A stretch of DNA of 64,000 nucleotides, from the IMG/VR virus record IMGVR_UViG_3300018424_000006, positions 62,001-126,000 of that record; one strand, written 5' to 3'. Under the pieces are notes generated by a model, which had not been told where the DNA came from, did not search any database, and was given only the letters and a program-made list of their open reading frames with translations. Positions 58,145 through 64,000 of the stretch are shown piece after piece. Positions within the stretch are counted from its first letter, which is position 1. The number at the start of each line of letters is the position of its first letter. A program made the translations under genes and the position numbers.

Positions 58145-58175
58145 GTAATATAGTACTATTTAGGTCTAGAACACG
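58145..58175 (-). promoter_or_regulatory. Early promoter 8
   Basis: CGTGTTCTAG-N12-CTATATTAC. Confidence 0.8.
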
Positions 58176-58180
58176 TTCGG

Positions 58181-58218
58181 CGGCATAAAGACCTATATAC
58201 CCCGAAGAGTATATAGGT
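58181..58218 (-). terminator. Terminator with TATGCCG tail
   Basis: ACCTATATAC/GTATATAGGT plus CTTTATGCCG. Confidence 0.75.
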
Positions 58219-58224
58219 ACTGAA

Positions 58225-59541
58225 TCAAACTGTAAACGGGAAATTTTCCACAGCGATATGTAGACTATTAATGTAGTCATTCATATCTTTGTACATGCGA
58301 CTATGAATACGACAAGTATCATGCATACGACGGAAGAAGAAAAGTAGACCTTTTAGATTGGCTTCTGCCGCATCTTCCTTCTCTTCTGCTTGACGAATAG
58401 CTTCACGAAGACTCTCTTCAAATGACATTAAGCCATTACTACCAGTAGGGCCGTGTGATGCAATTTCTTCCACCGCACTCTCAAATAATTGAGTAGTAAG
58501 TGAAAGTATGCCGCGAAGATGATGAATTTGGTTGGCAGTAGCTTCAACAAATTCATTATAGTCAGTTTGGCGCAAGGCAGGGATCGCTATAGGCTTGCGT
58601 AACTTTTTAGTTACTTCAAACTTAAATGTCGTATAGCTCTTAAGATCGCCATGAGTAATGGGTACTATATTCTTCACGAAAGTAATGTTACTACCCTTGG
58701 AATTTAATACTTTCCATTTAGCATTGTCGATACTTACGTTACTGCTATTAATCCACGCGAAGAACTTATGTCCTGCCCGAACCCAGCTATCGTAATCTTT
58801 AGCGGCAAATATATTAGCAACTAGCGTACGTAGACTGGTGGTATATTTTTCAATGGAGTTAACCATATCCGTAATTTCTTCGACTAGCAAAGTAATATCG
58901 GAATCGGTTTTGGAGCCACCAAATAGATAGAGATTTTCGGTTGATCTAGAACGAGCAATTTCCATTTCGTTATAGGCTTCTATCTGTTCTTCGGTGCCTA
59001 ACCCAATATACATAGCCAGTAATTCGCGCGCTTCTCGAATGAGAGGAATGGCGTCTTGAGGGTCAGTCGCTTTCTTGATCGCAGCATCCATCGATCTCGT
59101 CTTGCTTTCAGCATCATCTTGATCTTCTTTAGGGAGGGTCTTAATGACGTCATTAGCTTTACGAGTATTTTCTTTGGCAATTGTTTTCGCCTTTGCTACG
59201 TCGGCTTCTTCTTTCAAACCGAAGTACTCAGAAATTTTGTCTACAATTTTCATAAAGAAACTATAGATTCGTTTCCAAATATTCTTTAGGGATTTACCTA
59301 CTTCCGCTAGACCTTCATTACCAGCAGTAACTTCAATCTCTAGCATATCGCCGAATTGTTCACTCAAGGCTTCAGGTCTAATCACAGAGACATCAGAAGC
59401 TTCTAGATTCTGGTCTCGGATAGCCTCTAGTTGCCGTACACTCTCAGCGATACGACATACTTGAGATAACGAGCGCTCTAGTCCAGCCAGAGCAGCTCTT
59501 GATTCAGCAACAGATTCTTCTAACGCCAGAACTGATACCAT
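58225..59541 (-). CDS. Internal head protein paralog
   Basis: LAGLE and VTAGNE sites then KNIWKRIYSFFMKIVDKISEYFGL, as in 44101-45402. Confidence 0.7.
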   Translation of the reverse strand: MVSVLALEESVAESRAALAGLERSLSQVCRIAESVRQLEAIRDQNLEASDVSVIRPEALSEQFGDMLEIEVTAGNEGLAEVGKSLKNIWKRIYSFFMKIVDKISEYFGLKEEADVAKAKTIAKENTRKANDVIKTLPKEDQDDAESKTRSMDAAIKKATDPQDAIPLIREARELLAMYIGLGTEEQIEAYNEMEIARSRSTENLYLFGGSKTDSDITLLVEEITDMVNSIEKYTTSLRTLVANIFAAKDYDSWVRAGHKFFAWINSSNVSIDNAKWKVLNSKGSNITFVKNIVPITHGDLKSYTTFKFEVTKKLRKPIAIPALRQTDYNEFVEATANQIHHLRGILSLTTQLFESAVEEIASHGPTGSNGLMSFEESLREAIRQAEEKEDAAEANLKGLLFFFRRMHDTCRIHSRMYKDMNDYINSLHIAVENFPFTV

Positions 59542-59825
59542 TTCTTTTCTTCCTTCTTTTGATTCTTTTTAGCAGCATCGGAATTCAGCTTCCGTGCTTC
59601 TTCGAGCTGAGCATTACACTTCTCAATAGACTCGGCTTCTTTTACTCCCCACTTAAGGACTTCTTTATAGCCGAAGCCCTTAGCGAGAGGTTGCTCACAA
59701 TCTTTCAGATATTTATCAGGTATCTGGACATAGGTGACTTTCTGCGAGCCTGAGCCCACACAAGACGTCACGAGCAATGCTGCTAGGAGAATCAGAAGGG
59801 TTTTCTGAAGGGGTGCTAACTTCAT
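59520..59825 (-). CDS. Outer-membrane spanin (o-spanin) lipoprotein
   Basis: Signal peptide with lipobox LVTSC, P..YL.DC..P and CN.QL motifs; overlaps the 3' end of the i-spanin gene. Confidence 0.8.
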   Translation of the reverse strand: MKLAPLQKTLLILLAALLVTSCVGSGSQKVTYVQIPDKYLKDCEQPLAKGFGYKEVLKWGVKEAESIEKCNAQLEEARKLNSDAAKKNQKKEEKKWYQFWR

Positions 59826-60180
59826 CTTCCACTACCTGTTCATTATCTGTTAAATTGTTGTAGATTTCTTCTAGAGACTCAGGTACTTCAATAGCGCCTA
59901 AGATTGGACTTTCGGATTCCAATTGCTTAAGTTTTTCGTATGCTTCGTCGTACTTGTCTTCTATTGCCTTGTGCTTTTGTTCCAAGCGTGCGGCTGACCT
60001 ACGTTCTTCTTCCAAGCGATCAGTTAAGTCTTTTACGTCCTGCTGAGAATTTGCTAATTTAGTCTCAGTTTCGGCTAAAGAAACTTCTAAACTAATCACT
60101 CTAAGAATACCAAGGATAAGAAGGACAAATATCCCGATGGTAATCTTTCTTGAGTCAATTATCTTTGTTAGGAAGTCCAT
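59716..60180 (-). CDS. Inner-membrane spanin (i-spanin)
   Basis: N-terminal TM, long coiled coil, C-terminal Cys pair. Confidence 0.75.
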   Translation of the reverse strand: MDFLTKIIDSRKITIGIFVLLILGILRVISLEVSLAETETKLANSQQDVKDLTDRLEEERRSAARLEQKHKAIEDKYDEAYEKLKQLESESPILGAIEVPESLEEIYNNLTDNEQVVEDEVSTPSENPSDSPSSIARDVLCGLRLAESHLCPDT

Positions 60181-60182
60181 AG

Positions 60183-60500
60183 CTATACCTTAAGATATTT
60201 CTTACGCCAGTTATCGTCAAGTACAGCGCCGAAGATCCAGCTGATTAACAGATAAGTTGTACCACCAATTAAAGTGGCTACAGTTTGTTCGTGGATAGGC
60301 AAAACCTTCTCCACAAAGAAGCTTACTTTAAGAGTATAAACTAAGGTAACGATTGAGAATAGAACAATCGCTAATCGACGTAAACGCCAAGCATGTTTAA
60401 CAGACAAGCCGTTAATGGTTCGTTCTTCTGCCACAACTGGCACTGCTTCATTAGTATTAGTTGAGTTGACTTCTGGTCTTAAATCGGATGCATTACTCAT
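60183..60500 (-). CDS. Putative holin
   Basis: Two TM segments, basic C-terminus, located between endolysin and spanins. Confidence 0.6.
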   Translation of the reverse strand: MSNASDLRPEVNSTNTNEAVPVVAEERTINGLSVKHAWRLRRLAIVLFSIVTLVYTLKVSFFVEKVLPIHEQTVATLIGGTTYLLISWIFGAVLDDNWRKKYLKV

Positions 60501-60541
60501 CTCGAGTCTCCTTACCTGTAAAAGTGAAAACAGTTTCGTTA

Positions 60542-61093
60542 CTATTTGTATTTAGAAACAGCCAGATGAAAATGGCCAAGATCAAGAAAAGGTTTCTTAC
60601 CCTGCTTGCGTTTTCGAGCAACATAGTTATCAACCGCAGACTTAATACAAGTAATGGTTCTAAGGTCTTTCCAACAACCGCCCCAAACGACCGGAATGTC
60701 ATTTTTAACAGCTGATATCCGCATGGCCTCGGCAAATGCATAAAAGTACTCCGCTTTCCAAGTTTTGTTTCCATTCTCGTCAAACATGATAAAGTCTTGA
60801 GCATGACTCAGTTTAACTTTACCTAGTAGACGCTCCTTACGACTCTCTGCCATGTTAGTACGGATAACCTTAACTAACTTAGGGATATGGCTAGAAGCCA
60901 TTGTCTGAGACGCACCGGTACGTACAAGCTCGGCCTGCTCTGCTTTAGTACGAACAGAACAAATAATGCCTGCATCAAATACAGTATATTTCGTTAAAGC
61001 GTCTGTAGATACCTTAACGAAATCTGGATGTGTTTGAGCATTGTGTTTCTTAGAGCCTGCGCCCCAAGAGAAATTTTGTGCCTTTACTAACAT
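60542..61093 (-). CDS. Endolysin, M15 (T5-like L-Ala-D-Glu) peptidase
   Basis: HPD, RT..EQ..LV..GAS..M.S.H, HA.D, WGG.W and D.GHF.L zinc-peptidase motifs. Confidence 0.85.
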   Translation of the reverse strand: MLVKAQNFSWGAGSKKHNAQTHPDFVKVSTDALTKYTVFDAGIICSVRTKAEQAELVRTGASQTMASSHIPKLVKVIRTNMAESRKERLLGKVKLSHAQDFIMFDENGNKTWKAEYFYAFAEAMRISAVKNDIPVVWGGCWKDLRTITCIKSAVDNYVARKRKQGKKPFLDLGHFHLAVSKYK

Positions 61094-61109
61094 CGTTTAT
61101 CTCCCTCGA

Positions 61110-61148
61110 GAAAAAAAGAAAAGTACCCTAACAATTAAGTTAGGGTAC
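61110..61148 (-). terminator. Terminator
   Basis: GTACCCTAAC/GTTAGGGTAC plus U-rich tail. Confidence 0.7.
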
Positions 61149-61158
61149 GCCGAATCTA

Positions 61159-61941
61159 TTAAAGCTTACAAATACGACGGATACGACTTAGCGCAACTTC
61201 ACCATCTTTCGCTGGTAGAGTCTTAACCAAGTTTGGTAGGTCGGTTTCTTTCGCTAACGCATGTCGAGTTTTAGGGTCGGCAATGCGAGTGAAGAATACA
61301 GTCAAGAAGGTTAGCGCAATACGCTGAGACTTCTGTAGCAGACCGGCTTCATCAATATAGCGACAAGCTAGACGCTCGGTAAAGCAGTTGTCTTTATGTT
61401 CAAGATAGATTTCAAGAACTTTCTCAAGGCGCTTAACACCTTCTGCATCATCGCCTTTAGTAAGAACTGCTACTAGAGCATTGAACAAGCTAAATTGGTT
61501 AGCGATGATTTCGTCTTTAGAGATCACTACATTCTTACCCATCTTCTGGGTATAAAGAGCGATGTTACGAAGTTCGCGATCAGAACCTTCAATAGCTACA
61601 GCTGTAGGAGAAACCGCTTCAGCTTCTTCTTGCTCTTCTACAATAGGAGCAGGGTCAGGTACGAATGGAGGCTCATCCTGAATTTCAGCAGGAGCTTCTG
61701 GTTCGTCTTCTTGGGTTTCTTCGCCATCGCCAGAATCGCCTTCGGCTACAGCTTCAGACGCTACTTCATCAGTACCTTCAACAACAGAGGTATCGTCCTG
61801 TACTTCTACAGAGCCTTCTTCTTGAACAGACTCGGCAACAACTGGAGTGTCCGTTTCTTTTACTTCTTCTTGAGAAGCTACTTCTTGTTGTACTTCTTTG
61901 GGCGCTTTTTCAGCTGCGCCCTTACTACGTTTCTTAGCCAT
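61159..61941 (-). CDS. Protein with long acidic disordered N-terminus and helical C-terminal domain
   Basis: E/D/P-rich first ~120 aa; follows the vRNAP subunit gene. Confidence 0.7.
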   Translation of the reverse strand: MAKKRSKGAAEKAPKEVQQEVASQEEVKETDTPVVAESVQEEGSVEVQDDTSVVEGTDEVASEAVAEGDSGDGEETQEDEPEAPAEIQDEPPFVPDPAPIVEEQEEAEAVSPTAVAIEGSDRELRNIALYTQKMGKNVVISKDEIIANQFSLFNALVAVLTKGDDAEGVKRLEKVLEIYLEHKDNCFTERLACRYIDEAGLLQKSQRIALTFLTVFFTRIADPKTRHALAKETDLPNLVKTLPAKDGEVALSRIRRICKL

Positions 61942-61962
61942 TTTCTTTTCCTTTACTCGAGT

Positions 61963-63216
61963 TTAGGAGATTGAACTTAAGTGGTCATATTCTTCTGTTC
62001 TTAGTTGCTTACCATGGAATGCACTAAGAGAGATTGATAAGAACACACTACCAACAGCAGAGAGTTGAGGCCCCAACCCAATGCCTGATTTAGCAACGGT
62101 ATCGCCAATACATTTTTCGCAATAGTTGCCAGACTTCACACGACACCCAATCGGGCTTCGTATAATGACTTCTTTTCCAATCAAACCTTTTAGGTCTGAT
62201 TCCGATAAAGGTTTGCTAGGAGCACTTACTTTGTAGTGTCCTACAAATTCTTTATAGTTTTCTTTGGTGATGTTAATGGGGAGACCTACTTTACTTCCAC
62301 AATCTGCTTCAGTAATTTTGGTATTCTGATACATACGACCAGACATCTTAGCAGCCTCACCACCTAACGCCGTATCCTTACCGCGGTCATAAGAACCACT
62401 TCGAAGGTTATTGGCAATGGCAGGTAAATCTTCTGCTCTCCACCCTTCCTCTAGAGAACGAGGGATAGTTTCTACCTTCGTCTCATCATCAAGTCTAGGT
62501 ACGCCACCTATCATACCGTGAGTCATCTTACGTACAGTATTTATCGACTTATCTTTAATAAAGAAACCTTCGGCCTCATCCCCTTCTAGTTCTTCCTTCA
62601 ACGCTTTGGTTATCTCAGCATCAATCTTAGAAACTACAACAGGATCATGAAGGTTATCGATATTTTCCTTTATCAGCCTGTCTTTAAGTTCAGCTACCTT
62701 CTTAGAAGGAGCCAATACTTTAGGGCTGGCTGTAGGAACACAGAAATCTGTAAAGAGAGTAATGAAACCCATCGACTTCATGAACTTACGATATTCATCG
62801 ATCGTAATGAGTTCTTCTCTCAAGTTACGTTCAATTATGCCGTTCAGTATTTTACCATTAAGTTCACCAGCCATAAAGGTAACTTTGTTACCAAAAGGTT
62901 CAGCGAAGATAATGGCATTTAACAATATTTTACGATAGGTTGTTTTAATCGGTTCAGGAATATTTGGTAACATCTCAGTCTGGGCAGTTACTGCCTCATC
63001 AATGCCAAAGAAAGGCTTATCTAAAGCTGCCCCTTCAACTTGGATTGGTTCGCCACCCAAAAGAAATATTACTTTACCATTTACCACTGAAGGATCTTCA
63101 TCAGCTTCTTCTCGCTGACGAATAATCCCTAAGGTTCGTATAAGCCATGTTTTAGACTTATACTTCTTTTCCCGTAGACACTCAGTTAAGTAATCTACTT
63201 TCTTAATTATCTTCAT
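61963..63216 (-). CDS. Virion RNA polymerase beta-prime subunit, C-terminal part (phiKZ gp80-like)
   Basis: SLEEGW, N.LRSGSYDRG..TALGG, I.EADCGS, IRSP..C.....YC..C.G Zn site and AFHG. Confidence 0.85.
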   Translation of the reverse strand: MKIIKKVDYLTECLREKKYKSKTWLIRTLGIIRQREEADEDPSVVNGKVIFLLGGEPIQVEGAALDKPFFGIDEAVTAQTEMLPNIPEPIKTTYRKILLNAIIFAEPFGNKVTFMAGELNGKILNGIIERNLREELITIDEYRKFMKSMGFITLFTDFCVPTASPKVLAPSKKVAELKDRLIKENIDNLHDPVVVSKIDAEITKALKEELEGDEAEGFFIKDKSINTVRKMTHGMIGGVPRLDDETKVETIPRSLEEGWRAEDLPAIANNLRSGSYDRGKDTALGGEAAKMSGRMYQNTKITEADCGSKVGLPINITKENYKEFVGHYKVSAPSKPLSESDLKGLIGKEVIIRSPIGCRVKSGNYCEKCIGDTVAKSGIGLGPQLSAVGSVFLSISLSAFHGKQLRTEEYDHLSSIS

Positions 63217-64000
63217 CGTCAGCTAACCATTTCTTTAGAAGTTTGCCTACCATACCAGAGACATTACCGATGAAGAACAATTCTACATCTAGGTCATCTA
63301 GTAATTCACCAATCTTCTCTTGGATTAAAACTTGGTCTTCATTCGACGCTAAAGCAAGTAAAGTTAATTCGCTACTTACCCGCTCAATGTCTTTTGTTTC
63401 AATGAAGTACTCTAAGTCTTTGAAGATTGCTCTTACAGCCACTTCGAAATTAAAACCAAAGGCGAAGGAAACAGGTCGCATTTTAATGTGTTCTCTTGCA
63501 AGAAGCACTTTGTCGTTTGTTTCCATTTTAGTCAAAGCTTTCTTAGTCCGTAATCTAGATTTATGGATGATTTCTTTTTCATCTTCATCTAGTTCAACAT
63601 CGAACTTAACTTTAACATTCATAATTACTTCGTTATAGAACTCACCGATAATTGGATATAGTTCGCCCATCCCAATATTCGTTAGTTCATTAACTAGATT
63701 AATGAAAGATTCTTCAGGACTTAGTTCTTCATCAGAGAAGTGTTTGTCAACTAAATCCCTGTTGGTAGTATCAGCAATGTCTTCCATTGCATCTAACAAT
63801 GCGGCTAAAAGCTGTAGACTAATATCTTCATCGTTAGTTAAAACTAAACCAATTTCTTTAAGTACTTTCTTAGTATGTACTTTATAGACATCTTCGATTT
63901 CAGATGCTTTATCAGACTCGGTTGCTTCTGGGTGTGAAAGAGCCTGAGTAACTTCTGATTCATGATCACTATAATCGAATTTATCGAAAATAGAATCAAT
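63203..64000 (-). CDS. Conserved hypothetical protein (gp79 position), 5'-truncated by the window edge
   Basis: Frame is open from 64000 to 63203; overlaps the start of the RNAP gene. Confidence 0.65.
   Translation of the reverse strand: MDSIFDKFDYSDHESEVTQALSHPEATESDKASEIEDVYKVHTKKVLKEIGLVLTNDEDISLQLLAALLDAMEDIADTTNRDLVDKHFSDEELSPEESFINLVNELTNIGMGELYPIIGEFYNEVIMNVKVKFDVELDEDEKEIIHKSRLRTKKALTKMETNDKVLLAREHIKMRPVSFAFGFNFEVAVRAIFKDLEYFIETKDIERVSSELTLLALASNEDQVLIQEKIGELLDDLDVELFFIGNVSGMVGKLLKKWLADDEDN

Noticed and set aside
60493-60804. Same-strand alternative-frame ORF inside the endolysin gene
   Set aside because: No clear RBS or lipobox; endolysin motifs explain the sequence and both spanins are already accounted for.
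1-64000. CRISPR arrays, tRNAs, introns/inteins, transposases, recoded stop codons
   Set aside because: No regularly spaced repeats, cloverleaves or interrupted core genes were seen by eye, and genes end normally in TAA, TAG and TGA; tRNAscan/Infernal were not run.

Overview
A 64-kb AT-rich segment of a phiKZ-like (Chimalliviridae-type, probably nucleus-forming) jumbo myophage; the host cannot be determined from this window. It holds much of the conserved phiKZ-like core. Replication and transcription genes: a virion RNAP beta-prime subunit, a non-virion RNAP beta subunit, the exonuclease half of the split family-B DNA polymerase, DnaB helicase and RuvC. Structural genes: major capsid protein, portal, baseplate/neck proteins, three paralogous internal head proteins and, at the left end, tail-fibre/spike-like beta-propeller and beta-helix proteins. 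There is also a compact endolysin-holin-spanin lysis cassette. Accessory genes sit between the core blocks, mostly on the minus strand and behind a bipartite promoter found 8 times (CGTGYTCTAG-like element, exactly 12 nt, CTATATTAC). Main leads: (1) an early promoter that drives only a ~90-nt structured RNA antisense to the 3' UTR of a SLOG/DprA-like gene; (2) a structured ~340-nt locus encoding a 32-aa hydrophobic peptide; (3) two intact pseudo-enzymes attached to core genes, a LigA lacking its catalytic Lys upstream of the portal and a Zn-ribbon-Nudix lacking all Nudix-box E/R residues downstream of DnaB; (4) two types of terminator tail, with one tail fused to the early promoter. phiKZ gp numbers come from recalled motifs, sizes and synteny, not from a search.
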